Source: Octopus sinensis (lineage: Eukaryota). From it: a stretch of DNA of 64,000 nt. This document shows, piece after piece, positions 40,298 to 53,993 of this stretch (position 1 is the stretch's first letter; each line of letters starts with the position of its first letter). The notes below the pieces were generated by a model. The model saw only the letters and a program-made list of their open reading frames with translations. It had not been told where the DNA came from and ran no database searches. Location: positions 196,726,001 through 196,790,000 of the forward strand of contig NC_042997.1 in NCBI RefSeq assembly GCF_006345805.1, given 5' to 3'. The position numbers and the translations under genes are program-made.

Positions 40298-40685
40298 AGG
40301 GGCAGGAGTGGCTGGGCTGTGTGGTAAGAAGCTTGGTTCCCAAACACATGGTTTCAGGTTCAGTCCAACTACATGGCATCTGGGGCAAATTTCTTCTACT
40401 TTAGCCTCGGGCCGACCAAAGCCTCGCGAGTGGATTTGGTAGACGGAAACTGGAAGAAGCCCGTCGAATATATATATATTACGGAGATGTAGTTGCATAG
40501 CGAGTGACTTGATCTCAGATCGTGTGCTGGAACGAAAACAATTGCAGTGTGTTTATAAGCCATTTAAGAAACGCACAAAAACCGTTAGATTCACTTCAAC
40601 ATTTAAATTTAATTTGTCAAAATATTTTCGTCGCTTTGAGACCGTGACCTGTTCACTGACAAAACTTCGTGCTGCATCTCTGTTG

Positions 40686-40721
<36 letters not shown>

Positions 40722-40936
40722 TTATATTTACGTGCCTGTATTTGTATACCCCAACATCGCTTGACAATCGACGTTGGTGTGTTTACGTTCCCGTAGCCTA
40801 GCGGTTCGGCAAAAGAGCCCGATAGAATAAGTACTAGGCTTACGAAGAACAAGTCCTGGTGTCGATTTGTTCGACAAAAAGTGGTGCTCCAGCACGGTCG
40901 CAGTCAAATGACTGAAACAAGTAAAAGGATAAAAGA
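40298..40936 (+). mobile_element. SINE family A with a ~200-bp element (40484-40680) nested in its internal (TA)n
   Basis: Head 40298-40470 and tail 40740-40936 align with 19971-20392. Confidence 0.9.
40614..40662 (-). ncRNA. Minimal hammerhead fold with swapped G3:C8 core (GUGAACA)
   Basis: Minus strand TTGTCA-GTGAACA-G-GTCAC-ggtctcaaa-GCGAC-GAAA-ATATT-T-TGACAA: 6-bp stem I, stem II 4/5 paired, palindromic AATATT helix III. Confidence 0.65.
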
Positions 40937-42382
40937 AAATATACATATGAATATTTTTATTAGTTAATGAATCGTATGGTAGTTTAGTGGTAAAGCACGT
41001 TCACTTTTCACACTGTTCGTTGGGGGATTTGATAATGTATATGTATGTGTTTTGTGCTTTTCCTCTCCAGCTTGACAACAAATTTTGTTTTGTTCAAATT
41101 TTCGTAAACAAGCGGTTTGGCAAAAAAACAATAAATAGGTACCAGATTTAAAAAAAAAAGTATACTTGATCGATTTCTTCCACTAAATACCTTTCAAGGC
41201 AATGTTCCAGTATGGCCGCAGTCAAATGATTGAAATAAGTAAAAGATAAAAGGTGATGGTTTGTAGCAAATATGTTATTGCCAGTAATTGGGAATCGATG
41301 ACCATTCTATGTAGAATATAGAAAATTGATGATACAGTAAAATGCATTCAGTAATGGCGTGTAGCCGCAGTTTATGTTATAACTAACGAATCAGAAAGAA
41401 CAGGTAATTGCAAAGCGACTGGTGTATATGTATTTATATGTATTTATAGTCGAAAGTACGTTTACCCTATCAATGGACAAAACTCTTCTTCCAGTGAATA
41501 AATACCTAACCTAACATTGCTAGATTTAATAACTCGTGAACGTGTGTAACACTTTCGGAAATATAAAGTCGAATATATTTCTAAGAGAATGTGAAGACGA
41601 TAACATGAGGAATTTAACGCGAATGAAGGCACGCTTGATTTGTTTGTACATTAGTTCCTTTTGATTTCGACCTCTTTGACCAAATGTTAACAGTATTGAC
41701 ATTAGGTTGGAAAGGTTTAAATATACGAAATATCAAAGGATACTCCAAGCTTACAGTCGTGTACATTTCTCCTTAAACTATTTGTTGAAGTTTATAGTTT
41801 GATTGCCATGGTAACAAACTTTATCTTGTTTATCGTTGTACAGTTCTTTAAAATTTCAGTTAATTTGAGAGGCTTACGAAAACCGTGGAAGTATATCTGT
41901 ATTAAACTGCAACCCACGGTTTAGATTGTTTGAATTTAAAAAGAAAAAAACTGAAATAAAATGGTTCCCTCTATTCGTTGTTGGTTTGTATGGTGTTATA
42001 TGGCTATGAATGCGATACACAAAATATTGGTTCAAATTGTGGCACAAAGCCAACAATTTTTAGGGAGAGAGCAAGTCGACTATATCAACCCCAGTGCTAA
42101 TTGAGTGCTTATTTTATCGACACCCAAAACGATGAAAGGCAAAGTACATCATCGCGGAATTTGAACTTAGAACGTAAAGACGGACGATATGTCGTTAAAG
42201 CGTTTTTTTCCGATACGGTAGCGATTCTGCCAGCTGCCGCCTTAACTGCGATGTACACATAAGTAATATCAAGAAACTTAGTACAACGATAAACGTATTT
42301 TAGTGCTTATTTTCGTTCGGTTTAGTGAGAAAGTTTAATGTATTATCAAAGAGATCATATCTCTCAATATTGTATCCCTGGA

Positions 42383-42778
42383 AGGCGGCGAGCTTGCAGA
42401 GACGTTAGCACGCCGGGCGAAATGCTTAGCGGTATTTCGTCTGCCGCTACGTTCTGAGTTCAAATTCCGCCGAGGTCGACTTTGCCTTTCATCCTTTCGG
42501 GGTCGATTAAATAAGTACCAGTTACGCACTGGGGTCGATATAATCGTCTTAACCAGTTTGTCCCCTCTATGTTTAGCCCCTTGTGGGTAGTAAAGTAATA
42601 GGTATTTCGTCTATCTTTACGTTCTGCGTTCAAATTCCGCCGAGGTCGACTTTGCCTTTCATCCTTTCGGGGTCGATAAATTAAGTACCAGTTGCAAACT
42701 GGAGTCGATCTAGTCGACTGGCCCCCTCCCCCAAAATTTTGGGATTTCTGCCTAGAGTAGAAAAGAATATTGCATTCC
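42383..42778 (+). mobile_element. SINE family B dimer
   Basis: Head+body+tail1, then a second body starting ggtatttcgtct at 42601 with a different tail (gactggccccctcccc..agaaaagaatatt). Confidence 0.95.
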
Positions 42779-43789
42779 TTGAGAAATACTGAACATAACT
42801 TCAAGATGTTTTAATTGTTCGAAATATATCCCATAGATTAAAGATATTTACACTGTAATAATCCTATCATTTTTAATAATATCCAAACGCTCATATTTAC
42901 ATCTATATTGTTATTACTGTTTAGTCCAATGATCAACGCATTTCGACACTGACCATACAATTATTGTTTGCAAGGTGCCGTGTATCTAGGACTAACATTA
43001 TTCAATACTTCATCTCTTTTTAATCGAAGGCGGTCAGTCATATGTGGTTTGAGGGAGTCTTAGCCACTATTTTTTAGACATCGAGTAGTGGCTTGTTTTT
43101 CTGACTATTATCCGTGTTAGATATAGAGTCAGATTTATAAGTTACCTTGTCTAATACTTTTCTTCAAAGCCTAAAAAGGTTATAAAACAAACCTCGTTAG
43201 ATACATTCGAAACGAGTAGAATGTCGACAAACGGTAGAAAATGTTGTATAGAAAATATGTTTAGTTGGAATGTGTTGACTGACTTGGCAAGCAAAATCAT
43301 AACAAATGAAAGAATTGTCTGGAAGATGCAAATGATAGTAAGAAGTCGAATGAAAGAGTGATAGGTAAGCAGAACATAAGCCATTTCAGCAGAACTCACG
43401 TAATGAAAACCAGACAAGAAGATACATAATTTATAAGCCTTGTACAGTTTCAGCAAAATTACATTAAATATCTCTTTTGTGTGAGGGAAAATTTATACTT
43501 TACTGCATCAGGATACAATTCTATTCTTCTTCTTCTTATTATTATTATCTAAAGTTGTGAGATGGCAAAATCTTTAGTATACTAGAGAAAATGCTAGTGG
43601 CGTTTTGCCTTCTCTTACGTTCTGAGTTCAAGTACCGCTAAGGTTGGCTTCACCATCTATCGTTTTGGGGTCGATAAAAGAAGTACGAGTTGAATGAACA
43701 CTGGAGTCGATGTTATAGACTTACTCTTGCCCCTCCTTTCAGACCTTGTACCTAAAGTAGAAATATTATTATTATTATTTGCCTCAGAT

Positions 43790-44440
43790 GGTTTGATAGG
43801 AGACGCAATCCAATCTGCAATAGACGTTCTTCACCTCATGCGTTACATCAGGACTGGGTAAAAATAAGGTATCGGTTGGACCCTGATAAATTTGTATCAG
43901 TGAAAAGACTTCGATAGGGTCGACCATAGCTACATGTCCGAAAGTTGGCCGGTTTCAGACCCGTTTTCGTAGCTGGATCGCAGCAATACACGGTGTCGTT
44001 TACCTCTCAGAAACATTTCAGATCGTACGCTCCATCAATCTCGGGTGTCCTCTCTCATCTCTTCGATATGTTCTGGAGCTGAGGTATTTGCAGCGGTAAC
44101 TAGAACACTTGAGCGGCTGCATCTTCGAACTGGAACGCGGGAGAGTTGTGTCAGCGTATGCCGATGATATCACTGTAACATTGTCAGACACCGCGGAAGA
44201 TCAGCAGGTGGATAGCATTTTAATGGAATTCGAGGTAATTACAGGAACAAAGATAAATCCAAAAAGTCGATAGCCTTGCAGCTCGGCAACTGGAAAGGCA
44301 AGTTTATGGCGCATAACTACGTAGTGGTAGGTAGACGGATAGAAAGAGCAGTAAGACTGCTCGATGTCTGGTTTGACAAGAACTGGGATGAGATTCGAAG
44401 ATTGGTCAAGAAATGGGTGGGCTGTGAGGTAATTATCCCG
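43790..44440 (+). mobile_element. Tx1/L1-clade reverse transcriptase fragment, decayed
   Basis: LINLYQ*KDFDRVDHSY, RSINLGCPLSSLRYVL, VSAYADDITV, TGTKINPK and ALQLGNWKG occur in RT order. Confidence 0.85.
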
Positions 44441-44609
44441 AAGGTTCGAGTAGATATGAGGAACGCTTACATTGTCTCCCTAATTAAGCAAGTACCTATT
44501 GAACCCTGGGTCGATGTAATGGACTTGCCACCGCCCCCCCAAATTTCAGGCCTTGTAACTACAACAACAACAATAATAATAATAATAATAAAATAAAATA
44601 ATAATAATA

Positions 44610-45175
44610 ATAATAATGCCCTGATGCAGTACCAGACAGTGACACTCATGGCTTCTGATCTTAACTGATTGGAAGTGTTATCATGTACATTGCTTTGTTT
44701 TAGTATAAAAGATGGGCTACAGCAAATATTCTGCTGAATACCACAGATTTGCTTGTCAGTTGTTTGACCGTAACCAGTTGAGCATGTCCCTTAGTGGCTG
44801 ATGATATGTGCATCTCTGATCACAATCAGAAGTAGTGGGGGAGCATCATAGCCGTGTGTTGAAAAGAATTCTTGGAAGTTTGGATAATTCACCTTTGGAT
44901 ACATAGGTGGTTCGTTCAACATCCTTAAACAATCCTTATTCATGGACCTTTTGTGCGGGATGGGCTATTCGATAAGAAAAAAATTCTAACTGGGCCCCAT
45001 CTGCAAGGTCATGTGCTGTTTATTTTGATATGAGATCACCATGTCGCGCACATATGATTGTGATGCAAGTGCCAAGTGTACACTTATCAGACAGGTAGTC
45101 ATAAAGGGTATACTGGGCTTCGTATATTTTACCCCAGTGTCACTTTGACGGCAATGCACTGCTTTCTCACTCAAT
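44610..45175 (+). mobile_element. Unclassified ~570-bp interspersed repeat flanked by (TAA)n
   Basis: Second copy on the minus strand at 59312-59760; both start (taa)n-gccctgatgcagtacca. Confidence 0.85.
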
Positions 45176-46496
45176 AATAATAATTATTATTATACATTCT
45201 AAATAGATTTTGAACTTATACTCCACACACCTAAATAAATCTGTTGATCAGTTTTGATAATCTCTTTCAGAATTGTCCACCTTCAACACGCTTCTGACAC
45301 TTGATGCTCAAAGAAATTTCATCATTGGCCAGAATGGTTAACGTCACTACCAGAAACTATTCCGCATTGGAATTTGGCCAAACTCTTCAATTTTAAATCC
45401 ATTGCTAATTAGAAATGCGTCTGAAATTTAAAAGCCATTTGTTTTCTGTTCTATTTAAGAAAATGTTTCTATATTCAATAAATTTGTTCAACACGAGCAC
45501 TTAAAGCCACACACACACACTCGCATATTATATATATATATGTATAAGAACACTCTCACACAGAGATATTCATAGGTACAATAACCAACAAGATGATACT
45601 CGATACAAGTGAATGAGACTGTATACTTATACATAGCTAGACGCTTGATATGGACATAGAATCGGCTTTAAACATACATAAATACTGACATATGAGGTCA
45701 TACAAACTCATTTATAAGAAAGGCACATATCTGAACACGGTATGAAGCAGGAAGCCGTATACGATCGAGAACAAAATGACTAAGATAACTAATGCACACA
45801 CACATACACACACACATACACACACATTCTTCCTCAAATTTATACACAGTTGCACACATATCACATTAAACCAGCCGCGTGGTATCTTTTCGATGCTAAC
45901 CTTGTCACATTGTCATACAGTGACGTACACCTACGAAACTCCACCATATCAACAACACACACACATACACACATACAATCAAGCTTACACACATTCACAT
46001 GCAAAATACACCCAAGTATGCGTTCATTATTACGTAATAAGAAAGGCGGCGAGCTGGCAGAAACGTTAGCACGCCGGGCGAAATGCTTAGCGATATTTCT
46101 TCTGTCTTTACGTTCTGAGTTCAAATTCCGCCGAGGTCGAGTTTGCCTTTCATCTTTTCGGAGTCGGTAAATTAAATACCAGTTGCGTACTGGAGGCAAT
46201 CTAATCGACTGGCTCCCTCCTCCACAATTTCAGGCCTTGAGCCTAGAGCAGAAGAGATTATTAGAAAATAACTAGTTATTCTTTTTACTTGTTTCAGTCA
46301 TATGGCTGCGGCCATGCTGGAGCGCCGCCTCGAAGAGTTTCTGTCGAACAAATCGATCTCATGACTTATTCTTTGTAACTCTAGTACTTACTATATCGGA
46401 GTCTTTTTGCCGAACCGCTAAGTTACGGGTAAGTAAACACAACAACACCGGTTGTCAAGCGGTGACGGGGTGGGGTACAAACAGACACAAAGGAAT

Positions 46497-46557
<61 letters not shown>

Positions 46558-46603
46558 GGTATGGTGGTGTTGCTGGATGCGTCACGGATAGGATAAAGAT
46601 ACA

Positions 46604-46826
46604 CCCCGAGTCATATAGAATAATGGGCGCGGTTTCCCGGTTTCTGTGGTGCATATACTCTCCCTGGACGGGTCTCCGATCTTTCGCAGGGTTGATCAGC
46701 TGAGTGAACTGAAGGAACGTTGAACGAAGTATTTTACTCGAACATAATGCATCACCCAGTTGAGAAATCGAAACCACAATCTTACGATCATGAGTCCAAT
46801 ACCATAACCACTAAGCCATGCCCTCA
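46604..46826 (-). mobile_element. SINE family D
   Basis: Reverse complement gcatggcttagtggttatggtattggactcatgatcgtaagattgtggtttcgatttc aligns with 4463. Confidence 0.85.
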
Positions 46827-47159
46827 GCATGTATCAAGGATGGAAAAAGAAAGAAAGTGTATGAGTGAGAGTGATGGAGGTACCACACCGTCCAATTTTG
46901 AAGAACTGGGCCTTACAGTACCGATAGAAAAGAAATGAAATAGAGGCCACAGGTATGTAGGCTAGAAGCCGGAGCGGAGCGTATCCATCAGTGGCTGAAT
47001 TTCTCTTATTCGAGTAACCCTTCTTTTGATGTGGTCTTGGATATTAGTGAGAATGGCAACATCACTGTCCTAAATGAAGGATTAGTACGGCACTGTGGGC
47101 CTTACCTGGGACTTGAACTACCATCCGTCCCAACTCCCTCTCAGCACATCTACTGACCT

Positions 47160-47512
47160 TTTATCTTTTACTTGTTTCACTCATTAAATTGCGGCCTTTG
47201 AAGGATTTTAGTCGCACAGTTCAATTCTAGCACTTATTATTGTCTTTTGTTTTTGTAAAGCATGGTACTTAATCTATCAGTCTCTTTTGACGAACCTTGA
47301 AGGCAAATGAATACAGAAAGAAAGATGCGGACGTACACACACACATACACGATGGGCTTCCGTCAGTTCCCGTCTACTAAATCCACTTACAATGCTTTAG
47401 TCGCCTCCAAGCTATTGTAGAAGACACTTGGTCCAAGTGCTACACAGTGGGACTGAACCCGGAACCGTGTGGTTGGGAAACAATCTTCTTACCACACATC
47501 GCCGCCTGCGAC
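47160..47512 (-). mobile_element. SINE family A, diverged
   Basis: Aligns with the family-A head and tail. Other partial copies at 11890-11990(+), 39800-39862(-), 41090-41250(+), 46280-46480(-), 51570-51724(-), 54230-54390(+), 56520-56867(+), 57775-57942(-) and 63325-63492(-). Confidence 0.85.
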
Positions 47513-48085
47513 TATGATACTAAATTCCATTTAATTTCTCGACCACAGCAGTCCGTGTGAGAACGTAAAGGTCACGGGTATGCCCACATTTCAATTAAAT
47601 TCATAAGAAAATACAGCAAAACAAAACGGATATGAAATATTCCATCATTCAATTATTCTATTGTACATACATTCCATCTTCCTGTATTCCTTCATTCCAA
47701 TATAAGAGAATTCAATCACGGAATTATATCAGAAGAAAAAATATATATAAATATCACCTGATATTTTCTGCAGTCCATCAACTCCATATCTTTGTGGTTC
47801 ACAGGGTCTTCCCACTTTTAACATCAATATACAATTACACAGGAACTTTCAAGCAGAGATGCACGCTCAGTAACACATACGTATATTTGTACAAATGCGT
47901 ATATGAACATATCTGTGTGTGTTTGTAGATACATGTATGGCTAAGAGCGTGTGTGTTTATGTGTAAATATGTGTGTGTTGTGCATAAGAAAACCTAGACT
48001 TGCACTAAATTTTGGATACTTTCTTATACAGATTTGATTACTTTGAGGCTTTAAGTTATATTATGTAATATATATATATACATAT

Positions 48086-48161
<76 letters not shown>

Positions 48162-48356
48162 GTGTATGTGTGTCTGTGTATAAATATGAATATAAATGTG
48201 TGTGTTCAGAAGATCGTGCACGCTGTTTTTCATTCTACATCAGCACATCATAAATAAAAAGCATATACTTCCTCCCTGCCTCCCTCCTTCCCCTTCTCTC
48301 CGTATATATATACATACACACATACATATATATATACACATACATACACACAGAGA

Positions 48357-48395
<39 letters not shown>

Positions 48396-49349
48396 TAAAC
48401 CACATACATACACACACAAGACTCATATCTATATGAATAATATATATATATATATACACATAGAATCATGTATATATGAATATATATATATACATTTTGT
48501 ATCTGTGTGTATGTATAATTTTAATTCTGTTTATATATATATATATAGAGAGAGAGGTGTGTGTGTGTGTGTACCCACATGCAATACACATACATTCATG
48601 CATAGGTACTGATATAGCAACAAATAAGTATAGAGATATTGGTATTCTGCGGGAAAAGTCAATGAAACTGATAGAGAGAGAAAGAAAGAAGATATATATA
48701 TAGAGAGAGAGAGCGAGTTTGTGAAACCTGCAGAAATGGATAACATGAAAGCAGACTGTAAGATTAAGTGGATTGAAAGGGAGAACATTTATATATTGAT
48801 GTATGTGACATCGAGTTGAATCAGATATTTATATCTAAGAAGGCTTTTAATGGATATTACTGACATTCTCGATATACACTTACTTATATTAAAGAATGGG
48901 CCCTATATCTCTAATTATAACTTGTCTACTACAGATTTTATATCTGGTTGTATTATCTATCTACGGCCATACTAATCTTCGTCGACTATAAACTCTATAT
49001 CTGCATATTGTATCTGTTTTCAGAAGCATCGCTTCACTCAGGCCAGAAATTTTACATCTAGAGACTACATGAAACAAATGCTTAGAATCGAGTCTTGGCT
49101 CATGTTGGTCACTAGGTTGAAAATACAGGTATTCTTAACAGGTGTACTTTAATATTTGCGAGATGGACATAAAAGATTAGCCAAATACATAGATGCACCT
49201 GCCTAAATTCACAATTACACCCGTTTGTATATGTATGTATATATATAAAAATATGAATTAAAATGAGGGTGAAAAACTGGATATTAATTTAATAACATCA
49301 ATTTAACACCAGTGGCCTAGCATATTAAAAACTAAGGTTCAGTAAATAG

Positions 49350-49565
49350 TATTACATACATATAAGAGGGATTACTACTATGTGGACACCCTAACGCTAG
49401 AAGTAGATCCGCTATGGTCTTACCACTAAGAATTGTTCTCTAGAAAATTGCTAGGAGTTTGCTAAATTTTCTAGAGAGCAATTCTTAGTGGAAAGATCAT
49501 AGCCGATCTACTTCTAGCGTTAGAGTGTCCACATAGTGGTAAAAACCTCTTATACGTATGTAATA
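49350..49565. repeat. Fold-back palindrome, ~100-bp arms, 15-nt loop
   Basis: tattacatacatataagagg..ctagaaaatt / aattttctag..cctcttatacgtatgtaata; 9 mismatches and 1 indel. Confidence 0.95.
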
Positions 49566-49990
49566 TATATATATATAATATATATATATATATATTATAT
49601 ATATATATATATTTGTATATGGAGAAAAAGTCAAGGTAGAAAATGCTAATATAATTTATAAAACAAATTTCAGTATCAGTTTCAGTCATTGAGACGTTTT
49701 CAATTGTAAGTATGGAAATGAATTAAATTAAAATTAAAAGAAAAGTTTTTTAAAAGAATGTATAGTATTCAAATTCAAGGGGCATTTTCCTTGTTTCTGC
49801 CTGTCTCTGTCTCGTTTATTCTTGTGGGTTCGAGGTCGCTGTAAATTCTTGGCCGAGATGAAGGAGAAGAAAAAGGAGAAGATAGAGGAGAAAAAGTATA
49901 TATATATGCTTAAGTGTGTGTATACGCATGTAGAAAGAGAGAGATACATATACACAAGCATATATATACATATATGCATGTTTGTATATT

Positions 49991-50024
<34 letters not shown>

Positions 50025-50559
50025 TGACTGTGAGTACACACACGCAGAAAGAGTGACACATACGCACACATAGAAACACACATATAAATGTGTTGTACTT
50101 TATATATATGTGTGTGTGTTTGTGTGTGTGTATCTATCTATATATATCTGTGTAATCTACAATATATGACGAAAATAATTGTTGCTTCTGTATTTCAAAT
50201 TATCTGTTGTGTTCTGGCAGCGAATTCTATTAGGAGACATCTTGTTGGAATATACCATTATCCGTTGAGTGTTTCCATAAAACCAAACTAAACTTTGTAC
50301 AGCATAGTAATCTTTCGGTTTTATTATTTGTAGATTTATTCACTGAAATCTTAAGTTAACTGATAAACTGGATCAGTACTCAATTATTTGAAATTAACTC
50401 CATCTAAAACTTCGTTTTTCGTTTTGTAAGTACCAAAAATGAAATCCAGTGTTTTTTCGTCATTTTGGGAAAGTTACAGGACGAGTTATTGTTTGGTCAC
50501 TAATATTCAATGGTACCTTAAGTAGAAAAATATAGTCAATCTGCTTGAGGATGAACCAT

Positions 50560-51572
50560 CTCATTTCAAATGCTATATCTGACTCGCAGCATGGATTTCT
50601 ACCCCCGAAGATCTTGCCTAACAAATCTTCTCCTTCTTGAAGAGTGGATTACAAGGTCTATGGATGAAAAAGACTCGGTGGACGTGGTATTTTTGGACTT
50701 CGCAAAGGCGTTTGAATCCGTTAATAACCGACTTCTCTTGTGCAAAGTTCAAGCATACAATATTCACCCATTGGTGATTTCTTCCTACTTGAGCCATGGT
50801 ACCTTTCGGGTGCAGATAAATGGAGATCTCTCCGTGGAGACGAATGCCTGCAGCGATGTTCCCCGGAGGTCGGTGCTGGGGCCAATACTTCTCTATATCA
50901 ACGACCTGCCAAATTTTCTTCATGATAGACATCAAACTTGTCTCGCCTAGAAATCAATACGACTTGAGATTGGGCGGGAGAATGGGATCTGCCGCTGAAC
51001 GCCTCAAATGCGGCCATTTGCCAATAGGTTCACCTCCAAATTCTCCCTTGGCTATTGGCCCCAGACACCACCATCATAAGATGGTCACTGAAGAAAAGGA
51101 TCTTGGCATAATGATCGATACTACTTTCAAACCAACGCGGCGATGTATCGAGGCGGCGAACAAAGCCAGAAGCAATCTTTTCCTCATTCGCCGGTCCTTT
51201 GTCAACCTTTCAATGGACGCCTTTCGGTCTTTATACGCCACTCTAGTTCGACCCATCCTCGAATATTGCATCCATGGCTCAAACTCATATCTCCAGAAAC
51301 ACATCCAGTACCTGGAACGGTCGCGGACTTGTGGAACGTCTCCAACGGCTAGCATTACCTTCACTCGAACGGCGGAGGATGTGGGGAGATCTCATCCTGG
51401 CTTTCAAAATCTTCAACGGGAATGTAAACCTCCCATTGCGGAGTTTGTTACCCCTACGCCAGATAGAGGCCTTCGTGGACATGATCACAAACTATCCCCG
51501 ACACTTTCGACTCAACAGGCGGAAGGCCCCATTCTCAGTCCGTATCGCAGCCCCATGGAACAAGCTACCATT
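50560..51572 (+). mobile_element. CR1-group LINE RT fragment, frameshifted
   Basis: PRRSCLTNLL..DSVDVVFLDFAKAFESV, VPRRSVLGPILLYINDLP, EKDLGIMID, YATLVRPILEYC, LERRRMWGDLILAFKI; cut by a SINE-A half at 51570. Confidence 0.9.
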
Positions 51573-53943
51573 TCAGTTTCCGTCCACCAAATCCACTCAC
51601 AAGGCTTTGGTTGGCCCAAGGCTATAGTAGAAGACCCTTGCCCAAGGTGCCACGTAGTGGGACTGAACCCGGAACCATGTGGCTCGTAAGCAAGCTACTT
51701 ACCACACAGCCACTCCTACGCCTATAAAATATAGATTTTATTGTTGCTTTCAATTTTTGTCAGAATTTCAGCAATATCGGGGGAAGAAGTAAATCGATAA
51801 TACCGACCCCAGCGTTCACTGGTACTTCATTTATCGACCTCGGGGGGATGCTAGGCAAAGTCTACCTCGGTGGAGTTTGAATTCAAAACGTAAAGACAAA
51901 CGAAAATTTTGCCCGGTGCGGTAACGATTTTACTAGCTTCCTGTCTTGATATATGTTAATATTGGTTTAAAATGTTGGCAGAAGTCTAACAAGTTCGTGG
52001 GAGGAAATAAGTAGACTATATCGACTCCAGTGCTCAACTCGTACATTTTTATCGACCCCGAAGGAATGAAAGACAGAACGTAAGGACAGGCGAAATGTCG
52101 CTAAGTACTTTGCCCAGTGTGCTAACCTCAGGTTGGAAACTCTTACAGTTTTATATTTGTAAATTTACTTCAAGAAACCTTTAAACCATGCTTATCATAA
52201 ATTCATAAAATAATGACATAAACCAAACCAATCGCTATTTAGAAAGAATAAATTGTATAAGAAACACGTCCTACGCTTTCTAATGTTGCTGTATCTTTAG
52301 ACAGTCGAAGCATTGCAATATAATCGAGAATGTAAAGAAGAAAAGCAATTACAATAGATGCCTTTTTAATCTCCGATTTTATTTTCCTTTGGAGAAGAGA
52401 TAACATAATTGTAATTACGTTGTAAAGTGAAGATGGTGAAAGGGCTTCTATGGCCTTTATTACATATATATATTTAACAATAATATTTACTTACGAAATG
52501 AACTATTTACATGCTGAAAGTGTACGTAAAGTTCTACAGATTTTTTAGTGCTATCGTCCCTTGAATGAAATATTATAGGAATAATAAAAGGGCAAGAAGA
52601 TGTGAAAGAGAAAAATGTATGGTTTTTCAAAATCTACGATTAAAGCATTGTCCACATAAATGGAATTTCACACTTAAAATTTAACTTATGAGATTAAAAC
52701 AGTATTAATGCATAAAAGTGTTCTTCACAGAAAATTTGGCACTAAAACATTTGGCATTCTTCCAATGGAAATTTTGCCTGAGTTTTCATAGATTGTGTTA
52801 CATGTCTAGCTTGATAGTAAATGACAACAGTTGCATTGTCATTAAATTTAATGCATTTCACCAAGTCACGGTAAAAAGAACGAAAGCTCAGCATCAAAGC
52901 AGTCGACATTTATGTCTGTCTGTCTCATCTAGCTTTTCTGATGCCGCAAGTTTTGTCATCCACTCTCTCTGGCATCCACAGATATTCGTTATAGACATTT
53001 AGAAAGCATACATTTTCTGTAGTTCAAGTTGCTGCCAGAGTACACGTGTCTTCGAGAATACTTATGTAGATATTCCATATGTTGTAGGACATTTATATAC
53101 GTCTGGTGATTTTTGTAATAACCAAAGTTTTTATTTTATTAATGTTCGTTCTGAGTGCAGTATTTATTTAAGAGATTATATAAATTAGATTAGCGTGACT
53201 ATCAATAGTGAGACGCGTATCACGAATGAAGTTCATTTAAATAAAACGACAACGAAACACCACCAGCACCGCCACCGCCACAACCGACGCCATTACAACG
53301 ATGACGACCACGACCACCACCACACACCACCAACAGCAACAGCAACAAAAACAACAGGACTTTTGTTTTTGCTGTCGGTATGACAAGTCTTGTTATAACT
53401 AATTTATCTGCGATTACATTAGAGTTGAATAAGCATGTCGAATTAAAAGAACAAGAGAAAGCCATCTGTCGCCATATAAAAGATGTATGGAAGCACAGAA
53501 AAGTATGGAATGCTTCTCTCATCATTTTATTATCATAAAAGAGAACAGAGATTTTAGCCAAGGGGTTAAAAGCATTGACATATTTAATACAGATATATCT
53601 ATGGATATAATTCAGCGAAGAATTTGGTGTAAATATACAGAAACCATTTTTGGTGGAAAGAGATATTAGTGCCGTATGGAGTGTCTACTGCTGTAATACC
53701 CAATGTGATTTCTCGATTATATAACTAAAAAAAGTACATCAGAGAAAAGTGAGATAATTCTCATTAAATAGTAGGAATTCTCGACACACTCACGACTCCT
53801 GACGTCAGTTTAAATGTCAATAATAGATTAAATTCAAAGTTGGTTAAATTTTCGGATAAAGAAAAAAAAAACAGACAAAAGATATTGAAAGAAGTTACGC
53901 AAGAGGAAAGAATGATAAATGTCAATTTCTGAGTGCAAGTATG

Positions 53944-53993
<50 letters not shown>

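Noticed and set aside
43151-43456. 101-aa hydrophobic ORF and its open antisense frame
   Set aside because: No homology recognised and conflicting splice signals on both strands.
45220-45450. Possible Tc1/mariner C-terminus on the minus strand (CQKRVEGGQF)
   Set aside because: A single weak motif amid stops; insufficient without an alignment.
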